From Eledone cirrhosa (lineage: Eukaryota), in contig OZ024742.1 of assembly GCA_964016885.1 (NCBI GenBank), positions 171,120,001 through 171,184,000 on the forward strand: a DNA stretch of 64,000 nucleotides, given 5' to 3'. The notes beneath the pieces were generated by a model that saw only the letters and a list, made by a program, of their open reading frames with translations, made no database searches and was not told the DNA's origin. The translations under genes were made by a program, and so were the position numbers. This document shows, piece by piece, positions 12,681 through 28,574 of the stretch. Each line of letters opens with the position of its first letter. The first letter of the stretch is position 1.

Positions 12681-15063
12681 TATCTGTATACTTGGCTTCT
12701 GCAGTCTCAGTCCAACAGATTCAAGTTGTAAGGCATTAGTCAACCTAAGGCAATAGCAGAGGACTTTTGCCCAAAGTATCAAGAGTTGGACTGAACTCAA
12801 AATCACATGGTTGTGAAGGAAGCTCCTTATAACTTTTGATACCAACCTGGCCAAAACTTCTGGTTCTATGAAACATAACTGCCTATTTCAAAGGGTTCCT
12901 ATTTAAATTAAAATGTTCCAACACAATTTTATATAAGAATCAATTACTATCTTAATAATGAAATAATTGATCATTTTAGTAAATATTTCAAAATTCTTCA
13001 TTAATTGATTGATTGAGTGTATTTAATTAGAGATATAGTCATGGAAGTGTTAACCCCACAATCATGCCTGCATCTATGTATATATGTATATATATGTCTA
13101 ACATAAATATGGCTAGACAGACAACTTAGCAGTTAAAATATTGTTTGATAAAAGTAAAGAGATGAAGATAGTTATGTAAATAAAATGATGTTCAGAGCTT
13201 ATCTAAAGAATGTGGTGCTGATTTGTATATTTAACTTGATCTATGCCAAAACAACCAGCAATGGAGCAGTAAGACAGTGTTTGTTTCTCTTTAAACACCT
13301 ACACACTCTCACATACATACACACTCACTCACACACACGTTCACAGAGACTCACACATATATACACACACTCACTCAGACATGAACACTCATCCACAAAC
13401 ATTTGCACACACTCACATACACACATACCTCACACACTCACATGTAAAATAAAATAAAATAAATTTGAAGGTATACTTGTTGAAAATGTATTATATAAGG
13501 GTAATGTATAGTGTGTTTGAAATGAAATACCCATTTGATTAGCTGATATCCTGATACTGTCAGAGGGTAGGACAATGATTCTATAGTCACACATACACAC
13601 ATATATATATATACATCATATATACATACACATTCACATGCATACACACACATATTGATGTGTGTAGGTTAAAGACCACCATAGAAGCTCAGAGATTAGG
13701 GTTACTGACTTATCCTTGAGAACTTGCACATATATATAATATACACATATATATCATCATCATCATCATTATCATGATCACTGTTTAACACTTATTTTCA
13801 ATGCTATCATGGGCTGTCATCAGATGAGGGTAGACTTGTTAGTTGACATCTTGTTCATATGTTCTGTTTTTTTTTCAGGTTTTACTATGGCTGGATGTCC
13901 TTCTTATTGCCAACCAATTTACAGTTTGGACTGGAAGTGTGTGCTTGTGTGTGTATGTGTGGGTGTGTATGTTTTGGAGTATATGCATGCATGCATGTGT
14001 GTGTGCACTTGTGTGTATGTGTGCGTGTTTTGGGGGGTTATCGTTTGAACACTTTTGATACCAGCTCACCTGAAACAACCAGTAGATCTGTGATACAAGA
14101 CTGCCCAATCTAAAGCATTCTATGTTATATGATACTATAAACATGTGAGTCAACAAACCACATAGAGTCACATTAGCAAGACATTCTTGAAAATGATAAA
14201 ACAGAACTATGACTGCAACACATGAAAATTGAAAGTCTTTATGACTGCAAATGTCCATTTGTAAAGATACTTTAAACATTTGAATTAACATGTTTTTCTT
14301 TACAGACATTTTCTTATACATAACTACAGGCTGTTAAGAGTTAAAGTATAAAAACATCAATACATAGTAAATTGTGAACCAACTAAATGCTTGCTACCAA
14401 TACATACATTTAACTCTTAATTTATAATTAATGTGAGTAAATAAAGGAGATAAGAATTAGAAATGTTTTGACTAATCATCCTCCACTATTTGTGATTAAT
14501 TGGCAGATTTGTTAAGGCAACAAATTAAATGCCTTGGTATTTATTTATGGACATTGCATCCTGAGTTCAAATCCCACCAAAGTAAACTTTAACTTTCATC
14601 CTTTCAGTGTTGATAAATAGAGTACCAGCCTAGGAGAGGCTGACTGGTGGAATTGGTAAAGAATCAGACAGGGTTTTCTGCCATATCTGTTCTGATTCTC
14701 TATGATTTGAGTTCAGATCTTACCTCCATCTGCTAGGGATTTCAACTGGCAGATAGTATCAGTAATGGCGAGATCAATGGAAACATTGTTTCATTGGTCA
14801 ATGGAAACATTGTTCATTGGTCTGATCTTATGATTAACTCCTTTGCTCTCTTTTCCTTGTTATGGTTTAAAGTGTTTGCTTTGAAACCATTTTTCATAGT
14901 TTTGTAGATAAAGATAATGTAAACAAACTAAATTGCTTAGTTGAGGTAATTATTTTTAGATGTTTACATCACACACACACACCACACACACACACATATA
15001 TATATATATATACATACATATGTATATATATCATCATCATCACTGTTTACCATCCATTACATA

Positions 15064-15123
<60 letters not shown>

Positions 15124-15599
15124 CATATATATATACATATATATATATATACACACACACACATATTTATATATATATACACACACATACACAATATATA
15201 TATATATTTATATATTAACATATGGTCACAAAACAAACATTTCCAATGTTAACGACATTGAAGTAATTATGGTTTTTCTAATAAATATTTTCATTATGAA
15301 TAATCAATAAGATACTTTGCTAGAGATGAACATTTAGTGTTATTTAGCGTTGTTATAATTATTTCCATTATCGTTAGAGTCAAGCCACTTATAGTCCTCA
15401 GTGCTGATGAAAATAAACAAGAAGGAGATGATGATAAGGTACTCCAACCAGCCCACACAAATATATTTATTATATAATTATCAATTAGTCATCAATATTT
15501 GTGTTGTTATTGTGGTAGTTGGCAATTTTGACAACTGTCAACAACCATTAAAAGTTCGATGACATCAACTATGAAATACACAATGTTATATGTCTGGAC

Positions 15600-16455
15600 A
15601 ATCTGGTACATAGAGGGTAAGAGGTAAAAGTTGTACCAGCCCATCTTTGGTACACAAGGGATGGGAGGCAAATGATGTTCAAGTAATTTATTTGGTACAC
15701 AAGGAGTGGGAGGAAAAAGATGTATTAGCAATATACTTGGTACACAAGGAGTGCGAGGTAACTTACATACCAGTAATGTCTTTGGTTCACAAGTGTTTGG
15801 AGGGAAAATTTATACCAGTAATATTTTTGGTACACAGGTAGTGGGGGGTAACTCATATTCTAGTAATGCAGTAATGTCTTTGGTACAGAATTGGTGGGAG
15901 GTAAAATTTATACCAGTAATGTCTTTGTAACACATGAGTGGGAGGTAAAATTTATACCAGTAATGTCTTTGGTACACAGGTGGTGGGAGGTAAAAGATGT
16001 ATCAGTAATATCTTTGGTACATAAGGGGTGGGAGGTAAAACATGTACCAGTAATATACTTGGTGCACAAGGAGTGGGAGGTAACTTATATCTCAGTAATG
16101 TCTTTGGTACAGAATTGGTGGGAGGGAAAATTTATACCAGTAATGTCTTTGGTACACAGGTGGTGGGAGGTAAAAGGTATACCAGTAATATATTTGGTAG
16201 AGGAGTGGGAGGTTAAAGATATACCAGTAATATTTTTGGTATACAGGTGGTGGGAGGTAAATCATGTACCAGTAATATCTTTGGTACATAAGGGATGGGA
16301 GGTAAAAGACATACCAGTAATATCTTTGCTACATAAGGGGTGGGAGGTAAAACATGTACCAGTAATATCTTTGGTGCAGGAGTGGGTGGTAAAATACATA
16401 ACAGTTCATCTTTGACACACAGAAAGTAGGAAGTAAAAGATGTGTTTGGACCACA
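15600..16455. repeat. Diverged ~45-bp minisatellite, about 18-19 units
   Basis: Unit approximately tctttggtacataaggggtgggaggtaaaacatgtaccagtaata; 15-aa periodicity in the ORFs. Confidence 0.9.
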
Positions 16456-16611
16456 TGACATAGAAGATAAAAAAAAGACATAGCAGTATGTTTCAGGCAA
16501 TCAAAAATTTACTACTCAATACTCCTTTAATGGTTTCAGTCAATTGACACTAGCAATACTGGGGCATCAACTTAAAAGAGATTAGCTGATGGTATTATAT
16601 CTAGTACATAA

Positions 16612-16800
16612 GGGCGGTGGATTGGCAGTATCGGTAGAGGGTCGGACGCCATGCTTTCCAGCATAGTTACGTCCCTTTACGATCTGAGTTCAAATCCCGC
16701 CGAGGTTGACTTTGCCTTTCATCCTTACGGGGTCGATGAAATAAAGAACCAGTAATGCACTGGGTAATTGTTGGCCTTGTGCCTAAAGTAGAAACAATTA
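16612..16800 (+). mobile_element. Full-length SINE family A
   Basis: A and B boxes and conserved central domain; flanked by a direct repeat tatctagtac (16598-16607, 16801-16810), a probable TSD. Confidence 0.88.
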
Positions 16801-16889
16801 TATCTAGTACTTATTTCTTCAAGTCAAATAATATATAACAGTCGATCAACAAGATCTCAGACCTCATTTGCTTAATGGGTGGGGTGGAG

Positions 16890-17080
16890 CTCGTCAAATT
16901 GGTCCAAGTAAACAATGTTTTCATTGGTCTTTCCGATTGCTAATACTCTCTACTAGTCACAAATCCAGTCAGAAAGAGCAGCATGAAATAAAGTGTCCTG
17001 CTCAAGGACATAACACGTCGCCCAATCTGGGAATTGAACTAACAACCTCATGATTGTGAATCCAATTCTCTAACCACTCA
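16890..17080 (-). mobile_element. tRNA-derived SINE family C (degenerate)
   Basis: Homologous to 21380-21580. Confidence 0.65.
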
Positions 17081-17859
17081 CTAAGTCAAGTAAACCTCTC
17101 TTTATCAAACTGAGATAAACATAGAACCCGCCCCCCACCAAACATGCACACTCACACATATTTCATGTTCTGCTGTTCTATCTCCCAAATTTCACTTACA
17201 AGTCATTGAAAACCCAAGGCTATAGATTAAGACACATGTGCAAGGTACCATGCAGTGAGACTGAACATAGTATCATGAAGTTATGAAGTGAATACCTTAA
17301 CCACACATCCATACCTGCTCAATAATTACAGGACATTAAAATCAGAGTAGCATGCACAGATTAGCTTTATCAACACTAACTCCATTCACCAGATGACAAT
17401 AATCACACAAAGACACAGTCAGTTGCTTTGAGATACTGTTTATAGTTTCACTAGTATATTGGTATATATGTATCAAGGACATGATAGCTTCCCCAGTGTC
17501 AGTGATCTACATGATAAACACACCCAGAACATGCTGTAAAGTGGTTAGTGATAGAAAGGGCAACCAGCCACAGAAAGCTTTTCAAACAAAGGGTTGGGAG
17601 GACCCTTCAGTTTGTGTCAAAAGACATGACAACATCTCCTCTGCACTCGATAGAATGTATCACCATATGTAACCATAATGCAAGACCCATCAGCCTGTTT
17701 GGGAGGTCAGTAGCCTCGCTTCAGTACCGACTTGTTCTATGTTGAGCCGTCCAACACTTGCTAGCAGGGAAAGTGAAGGATAAATGGTGATGGTAATATA
17801 TATATATATATGAATAGATAGAGAGATAGATAGATATATAAATAGATAAATAGATATGC

Positions 17860-17891
<32 letters not shown>

Positions 17892-17897
17892 ATATAT

Positions 17898-18046
17898 ATA
17901 ACGAAAGAAATGTGGTAAGGAACCAGGTGGATCATAACGCACCAAAGTACTTAATACTTAGGGTAGTAGAGTGGGTAATAGGAACGAGTAGGACCCCGAG
18001 AATTAGCCGTCGAAACGGCTCGAGCTCAGCCGTCGGGTCCTACTCG

Positions 18047-18050
<4 letters not shown>
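17898..18050 (-). mobile_element. Solo PLE pLTR tail with a short inverted ribozyme half, inside (TA)n
   Basis: Homologous to the 62458-62600 terminus of the PLE at 62.5-63.9 kb; gaacgagtaggaccc...gggtcctactcgttc hairpin. Confidence 0.8.
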
Positions 18051-18095
<45 letters not shown>

Positions 18096-18136
18096 ATATT
18101 AAATAAATGGAAACTATATTTATAAAACCATATTTA

Positions 18137-18194
18137 TTCTATTATATTTATTTCAAGGGTACCAAAAACTTAGGTACGCTTTCATCAGATAAAA
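18137..18194 (-). ncRNA. Minimal hammerhead ribozyme in a (TA)n-flanked insert
   Basis: Minus strand: TTTTAT CTGATGA AAGCGTACC taagttttt GGTACCCTT GAAA TAAATA TA ATAGAA. Confidence 0.75.
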
Positions 18195-18258
18195 TACAAA
18201 GTGTGTTTTATAAATTTTGACATAGCGAAGGAAACATACCTTATCAGTTGAATTTTCC

Positions 18259-18291
<33 letters not shown>

Positions 18292-18298
<7 letters not shown>

Positions 18299-18495
18299 GT
18301 GAGGTTTTTTTACAAAATGAAAAATAAAACGAGGTGTCCTGCACGAGTGAAAGTATAAGGAAAAAAGATGAAATCGAAAATGCAACTGGAGTCTTTTTTT
18401 TAAAAAAAAAAAAATTTATTTGGTTCCTTTACCGGTTTCGCAGTTCTTCTGCTAGGCAAAAGTAGAATTCAGATGGAGGGTTTGTGGTTTTTCTC
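18292..18495 (-). mobile_element. pLTR-like insert, degenerate ribozyme family shared with 50935-51105
   Basis: aaaatgcaactggagtcttt, taccggtttc and gatggagggttt shared in reverse. Confidence 0.6.
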
Positions 18496-18502
18496 ACACA
18501 CA

Positions 18503-18534
<32 letters not shown>

Positions 18535-18536
<2 letters not shown>

Positions 18537-18634
18537 GGATGTGTGAAAAGAAACACCCTATTTACACACACACATGCACACATATATGTGTGTGTATGAG
18601 TGTGTAAATAGGGCGTTTCTTTTCATACACCCTG
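18535..18634. mobile_element. Tc1/mariner-type MITE
   Basis: About 33-bp TIRs (CAGGGTGTATGAAAAGAAACGCCCTATTTACAC) flanked by TA. Confidence 0.7.
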
Positions 18635-19069
18635 TATATGCATACACACACACAAATACACAAATATGGCGATAGTGGCTGTGTTGGCGGTGGTGGGTAT
18701 AGTGGTGATGATGGCAGTGATGGTGGTGGTGGTGTTAGTGGTGACAGTGGCAGTGGAGGTAGTGGTGATAGTGGCAGTGGTGGCAGTGATAGTGGAATTC
18801 TAAAAGTATGACATACTTCATTATTTCCCTGATGGTTTATTTTAGGAAATTCCCTAAATTATTGATTATTTTGTAAACTGTAATAAATCATAGGCAGTGG
18901 CTTTCATAGAACCTTTGATAACTAAAGGATTAACAACAACAACAGCAACAAGGGAAAGAAGAACTGTAATATTAATAAATTCAGAGATATGTTCACATAC
19001 ATACATAGATACATACATGCACACACAAGTACACACACACTCTCACACACATTTATATGTATATGTATG

Positions 19070-19345
19070 GAAGAGAGAAGACTTCACTGGTACAAACATG
19101 TGATATAAATGGATGATGATTGATTACTGGGTAAAAAAGTGCCAGGAAATCCAGTAGAAGAAAACCAAGGAAGACATGTGCAGAGGTATTGCATGGTCAT
19201 CTGAAATCACTAAAACTCACAGAGGAGATGAAGAAGGAACATGAGAAGTGGAGAGATGCTGTGTTGAAATGGACTTGTCCAACTCATGCAAGCATGGGAA
19301 AGTGGACATAAAATGATAGTGATGAAGATGATGATAATGATGATA
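19070..19345 (+). mobile_element. Degenerate RTE 3' fragment
   Basis: Similar to the RTE C-terminus and catgcaagcatgggaaagtggacataaaatgat tail. Confidence 0.7.
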
Positions 19346-19555
19346 TTTATAAAATGGGCTGCTGCACTATTTGTGCCACTGTTCATAAGGTACTGGTCAA
19401 TCTGAAGCTGTACAGTGTAGCCTATACTTGCTCAAATTGGCAATTGCTTTTGAAGCAAACTGCGTGACCATACAGCCATGCCTCAGTCTATATATATAGT
19501 CCTATGGAATGGGTGCTCTACTTACTATGGATATAACCTCCTAGTGTTCTACCAC

Positions 19556-19606
<51 letters not shown>

Positions 19607-19610
<4 letters not shown>

Positions 19611-19878
19611 AGTTTATGTTGGTTGTATACCAACACCTCAGTATGCAGGCTGGAGCACTCGACGAAGTGCGCAGGTTGGTTTGGTTACTCCGGAGTAGTG
19701 TAAAATAAAGTTAAATAAAAGTCAAATGATTAAAATTTAGCTTCGTTTATTACTGCTATATATATTTCAGTGACAGCCATCTTTGGCTGTGACCTCACAG
19801 CCAAAGATGGCTGTCACTGAAATATATAGAGCAGTAATAAACGAAGCTAAATTTTAATCATTTGACTTTTATTTAACT

Positions 19879-19886
<8 letters not shown>
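19607..19886. mobile_element. Fold-back pLTR element (arms 19702-19885) with a left tail
   Basis: Near-perfect palindrome centred at 19793-19794 in the hammerhead stem II strand; flanked by (TA)n. Confidence 0.8.
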
Positions 19887-19907
<21 letters not shown>

Positions 19908-19909
<2 letters not shown>

Positions 19910-20401
19910 AAAAATAAAATAAATAAGTCACATATTTAAAATTTGGCTTTGTTTATTACTGGTATATATATTTCGGCTACAGCCTTCTTTGGTTGTGACC
20001 TCTTCAGGCAGTCCGAATTGATGTGGTAGAGACGGGTACACATGTTGTTGAGGTGTTTAACTCCACCTATACTCCGATATGCCCAGTTCCCATATGATTC
20101 TAGTTCCTCAGAGAAATAACAACCCAACCAGGAACTGGGTATATCGGAGTATTGACAGAGTTAAACACCTCAACAACATGTGTACCGGTCTCTACCACAC
20201 CAATTCGGACTGCATGAAGAGGTCACAGCCAAAGATGGCTGTCACCGAAATATATATAGCAGTAATAAACGATACCAAATTTTAAATATTTGACTTATTT
20301 ATTTTATTTTACATTACTCCAGAGTAACAAAACCGACCTGCGCACTTCGTCGAGTGCTCCAATCTCCATACTAAGGTGTCGGTAAACAACCAACATATAC
20401 T

Positions 20402-20405
<4 letters not shown>
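19908..20405. mobile_element. Fold-back pLTR element of the same family with a hammerhead on each arm
   Basis: ACTGC (C/A)TGAAGA GGTCACAGCC aaagat GGCTGTCACC GAAA TATATA TA GCAGT at 20209-20263 plus and 19958-20012 minus. Confidence 0.82.
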
Positions 20406-20439
<34 letters not shown>

Positions 20440-20440
<1 letters not shown>

Positions 20441-21312
20441 CATCATCATCATCATCATCATTTTACGTCCGCTTTTCCCTGCTTGCAAGGGTGGGACGGG
20501 TCTTATTCAGCACAATATCTCTCCACTTGTCACTTGTCCTTCGTCATCTCCACTGTGAGCTTCAGCGATCTGAAGTCTGTTCTCACCACCTCCGCCCATG
20601 GTTTTCGTGGTCCACCTCTACCACGTCTTCCTTCAACTGGCATTTCCTGGCACTTCTTCACCCATCGGTCATCCTCCATGCGCATCACATGTCCATACCA
20701 CCGCAGTCTCCTCTCACGCACACTACATTCTATCCCTCTCAGACACAGTTTCTCTCTCAACATATCCATGCTGCGTCGTTCACGCACATTGACATTGCAC
20801 ATCCAATGGAGAATGCTTGCCTCATTTCTCTCCAGCCGTCGTATATCCTCTGCAGTTGCTACCCAAGTCTCACTACCATGCAGCATCGCACTCCTCACAC
20901 AGGCATCATATAACCGGCCTTTTGTACGCAGGGAGAAACCCTTCTTCGTCAGCAGAAGTAGCAGCTCCCTAAACTTCTTCCAACCCGTCCTTATTCTAGA
21001 TACTATGGCCTCGGAACACCCCCCCCCTCCCCTGCTATCCACCACTTCTATAGCACCCGCCTGCATTTGAAAGATGTGTCTATCAATGCGACTTCTACTG
21101 TCTAATTTCCCTGTACATCTACTGCATACGTATTTCTCCCTACCTGTTAGTTTGCCTGCTATCCCACTACATTTCTTGTGTACCCAGGATCTGCATTGTG
21201 TGCATCTTATAGAATTAATGCCAGTTTCTTTTCTGCATATCCAACATGGCCATTCCCTGACGGAATTAGAGTTTTGTCCTCTTTTCTACTCACCAACACT
21301 TTTTTCTTAGCT
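20440..21312 (-). mobile_element. RTE LINE 3' fragment (PHD region to tail)
   Basis: ORF 20530-21066 GGGCSEAIVSRIRTGWKKFREL...RLRWYGHVMRM; (ATG)n tail. Confidence 0.92.
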
Positions 21313-21367
21313 AGGTATATACATATATATATATATGTGTGTCTCTATGTATATATATATATATAAA

Positions 21368-21923
<556 letters not shown>

Positions 21924-22994
21924 TCAATTACAAATATAGTCCTGCACCATATACATACATATATACAAACACAAGTACACACAAACACACATTTAAATAC
22001 TCATACGCAGCCAGAGAGAAAAATAAATGAAGAGGTGTTTGTATGAGTAGTGTGGCTACTTGTTATGTTTGTGGTCATTTATTGATCTATTGGAAGAGTT
22101 AATATTGGCTGGTTTTGTTATTTAATATATAAAACTGGAAGTTACTAAATATATCATCCCCACCATCTTTAGCCTCATCATTATCAACCTCCTCCCCATC
22201 ATCATTGTTGTCATCATCAACATCAAAATCATCACTGTCATGAATATTATCATCATCAGCATTATAAACACCATCACCATCATCATTTTTATCATCAATA
22301 TCATCATCATCACCATCATCAGCATTGATATCATTATGATCATTATGATGATGATGATCATCATCAGTTTTCTCTCCTCCTCATTTCCCAACACTCAAAT
22401 CATTATCATTATAATTACTGTTTGTACCAGTAATGCACTGAGTAATTGCTGGCCTTGTGCCTAAAGTAGAAACAATTATAATTACTGTTTGTATATGTAT
22501 ATGTTATGGTAGTGAATTGTTAGAGAATTGGATTCAGTATTTCTATATTTCTTATGGCCCACTTTGACCTCAGTTCAAATTCTGCTGACGTTAACTTTGC
22601 TTTTCCTCCTTTCAGGGTCAATATATAAAGTACCAATTCAGTGGAGTAATAAATTATAAGAATTGTTATAAAGTCAGACAAGATGCTTTGTAATATCTGA
22701 TACTTATCTGTGCATTCTGAGTTCAAATTGCACTTACATCTACCAGGAGTTTTGACTAGTAGATAGTACCTAGTAGATAGAAATCTGTCTGAAATGTGTG
22801 TCAGTGAAGAAATCATTTGGGTGATGCATTTTCTCAGTATTTGCGCATGCTTGAGACAAGGGTTTATGTTAAACAGTTGTTTTGATGTATGAGACAAATC
22901 CTGCTATCAAATAGTCTATCATGAAGATTGAACTACCAACTTCTTTTGATCATGAGATTCTGGGTAGATGTCCTCCATCTGAAACAGGGCTGGT

Positions 22995-23164
22995 TTAACT
23001 CTTTAGCAATATTTACTATTATATTTTCACGGTATACACTTTACCTCACTTAATTATCTCACATAATATCGAATCTATGAGATTTTCATATTTATTTTGA
23101 GAACAATACCTTAACATCAGTAATTCTGGTCAGACATGGCTGGTTAAAAATGCTAAAGGGTTAA
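22995..23164. mobile_element. piggyBac-like MITE
   Basis: TTAA|CTCTTTAGCA ... TGCTAAAGGG|TTAA. Confidence 0.55.
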
Positions 23165-23274
23165 ATCATTTTGAAGTGATCCCTATATATAATGTCTGCA
23201 AAATATTTTTTTGGAGGAATGACAAATCTTAGATTTGCTTGGTCAGGCTTGACCAGGCTCTAAATAGTAATAGT

Positions 23275-23670
23275 AATTTCTACTATAGGCACAAGGCCAG
23301 CAATTTGGGAGAGAGGGGAAAGTCGATTAGATTGACCCCAGAGCATGACTGGTACTTTATTTTATCAACCCCGTAATGATGAAAGGCAAAGCTAACCTCG
23401 GAAGGATTTGAACTCAGAATGTAAAGAACCGTAACTCTATGCCCCTAAGTATGTTGCCCGACGCTCTACCGATTCTGCCAATTCACTGCCCTGCTCTAAA
23501 TAGAAATAATAATAATTTTTTCTAGCATAGGGGGAAGGGGAAAGTCAGTTATATTGACTCCAGTAAGTGACTGATACTTTATTTTATCAACCTTGGAAGG
23601 ATAAAAGGCAAAGTAAACCACAACAGGATTTGAACTCAGAATGTAAAGAGCCATAACTAAATGCCAAGAA
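23275..23670 (-). mobile_element. Two SINE family A-related copies
   Basis: ctggtactttattttatcaacc...gaaaggcaaag...ggatttgaactcag in both. Confidence 0.75.
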
Positions 23671-24163
23671 AAGAGGACGAAGAAGAAGATCAGCAGCAAC
23701 AACAACAACAACAATTGCATCCGAGATTGCTTGTAAATTAGGTCAGATACTTAATACATTTCTTGACTCTGGTTTAGACCTCCTTGTGGCTTCCATTCTG
23801 TTGCAGCAATCATTTGGGTCAGACATCTTGTTTGCAGATACCTCCCCCCCTTACCAGATAACACTTGCCTAATAGTCCAAACCTGTACTGATTCTATAAC
23901 ACCCCATCTCACTTTTAATTCAATTCTCAAATATGAGTTAGCATATAATCCAGAAAAGGACAGTTAAAAGTGAAGTGGACATTCAAATCGTTTATAATTA
24001 CAAGGTAAGACATATTTCATGGAGGGGAGATGATACAAGCTTGCAATTACATATTTGATTTTGCAGTTTATTTCCTTTAATACTTAAGTATAATACTTAT
24101 ATTTGCCAAAGCCAAGAAAATCATGTGGATACATGCACATAAATTTGCATTTGTCATCATAGT

Positions 24164-24164
<1 letters not shown>

Positions 24165-24245
<81 letters not shown>

Positions 24246-24261
24246 TATATATACAAAGTTA

Positions 24262-24294
<33 letters not shown>

Positions 24295-24678
24295 TATAAA
24301 TATAAACATATATATGTATGTACATAGATATGTTCGTTTATATATACATATATACACACTTGCACACATATATATATGTATATGATCATATATATATATA
24401 TATACATCTGTCCCTCTCTTTCTCTCTCTTTCTCTCTCTCTTTCTCTCTTTCTCTCTCTCTCTCTCTATGTATATATATATATATATATACAAAGTTAAC
24501 ACACACACACACACAAACACATATATAAATATAAACATATATATGTATGTACATAGATATGTACGTTTATATATACATATATACACACTTGCACACATAT
24601 ATATGTATATGATCATATATATATATATATACATCTGTCTCTCTCTCTTTCTCTCTCTTTCTCTCTCTCTCTCTCTAT

Positions 24679-24715
<37 letters not shown>

Positions 24716-24992
24716 CAAAGTTAACACACACAAACACAAACACACACACACTCACAAACACATATAGAAATATAAACATATCTATGTATGTACATAGATA
24801 TGTACGTTTATATATACATATATATAAAAATATCTATATATACATACATATAATTATACATATATACACACTTGCACACACATATATATGTATATGATCA
24901 TATATATATACATCTGTCTCTCTCTTTCTCTCTCTCTCTCTCTATGTATATATATATATATATATTATATATATATATATATAATATATATA

Positions 24993-25061
<69 letters not shown>

Positions 25062-25286
25062 AAGTTAACACACTCACACACACACACAAACACATATATA
25101 AATATAAACATATCTATGTATGTACATAGATATGTACGTTTATATATACATATATATAAAAATATCTATATATACATACATATAAATATACATATATACA
25201 CACTTGCACATACATATATATGTATATGATCATATATATATATATATATCTATCTCTCTCTTTCTCTCTCTTTTTCTCTATCTCTC

Positions 25287-25360
<74 letters not shown>

Positions 25361-25362
25361 AA

Positions 25363-25403
<41 letters not shown>

Positions 25404-25432
25404 TACTTACAAATACACACACACACACACAT

Positions 25433-25529
<97 letters not shown>

Positions 25530-25530
25530 A
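24165..25530. repeat. Four tandem copies of a 225-345-bp compound microsatellite unit
   Basis: Anchor tacaaagttaacac at about 24253, 24489, 24714, 25058; shared gtacatagatatgt and cacttgcaca. Confidence 0.85.
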
Positions 25531-26447
25531 TTCTACAATTCTGTGACCCACTAAACTATGTAACAGTTGTGTCTTTCATGTGTAACTAATGAAACACACT
25601 GCCATTTCATAATGTCATGCAATAGAATTAATGTATTGATTTTGGTCTAAAAATGAAGAATTCACTTTTATTGGGAACTGAATTACAATCTATCTCTATA
25701 GATGTCTACCGAATTGGACAATTTTTTCTCCCTTTTTCACATTTTCTATATTTAACTAATATTTCCCAAAAAATAAAAAGAGTTTTTTTATATTCTTTTT
25801 ACGGTATACTTGTTTTCAACTAAGATATATTTGTAGTTTACAAATATAGATAGATACATACATATATACATACAGATATGAAGAAACTTACATATATATT
25901 TACACACACAAACACACACATACATACATGCATGCATATATACATACGCTAATGTATAATATTTATCTACATACAGATGTATATAAATGTACACGTTTTT
26001 TCAAATCTAGTATATATTTATCAATCTCTTTTTTGTCAAACTATTATGGGGTATATAGTTACATATAAATGTAAACATGGACGTGGACAAATATTATATG
26101 TGTGTGTTTGTGTGTATCCCAATTGCTAGAAGAGACCCACATCCTCCCTGCATATTGTATTAGGTGACGACTAAACCTGTTATCATCAAGAAGAGCATAA
26201 GGCTGTAATAGATTGTCTCAAACAATCCTGTCGAACCCATGCCAGTATGGGAAAGTGGATGTGTAAACAATGATGATGATGATTAGGATGATTATATATA
26301 TATATAATCATGGCTTAACATCATGAATGAATATTAAGAAAGGGGTGGTCTACTTTGACCACTGGCAAGCTCTTGGCTATTCAAGCCAGTTTGGGACAGA
26401 CAGGAAAGGCTGCATCAGCTACGGCTGAAGGTCTGGTCTGGTCAGGG

Positions 26448-26482
<35 letters not shown>

Positions 26483-26549
26483 GGTCTGGTCTGGTCAGGG
26501 TTATATATATATATATATATATATATACATAGGTCTGGTCTGGTCAGGG

Positions 26550-26691
<142 letters not shown>

Positions 26692-26705
26692 ATACATATA
26701 TATAT

Positions 26706-28416
<1,711 letters not shown>

Positions 28417-28574
28417 ATCATTCCACTGATCTTATTGAACCAACTTATTGCCTGTTGAGTATTACCCCATAATTTAATATCTACCTTAGCCTTAACTTGA
28501 GGGATAATACGATCTAATATGTACTTACTGATTCTACCTATATATTTCTACCTATATCTTTCGAGCAAGACTTA

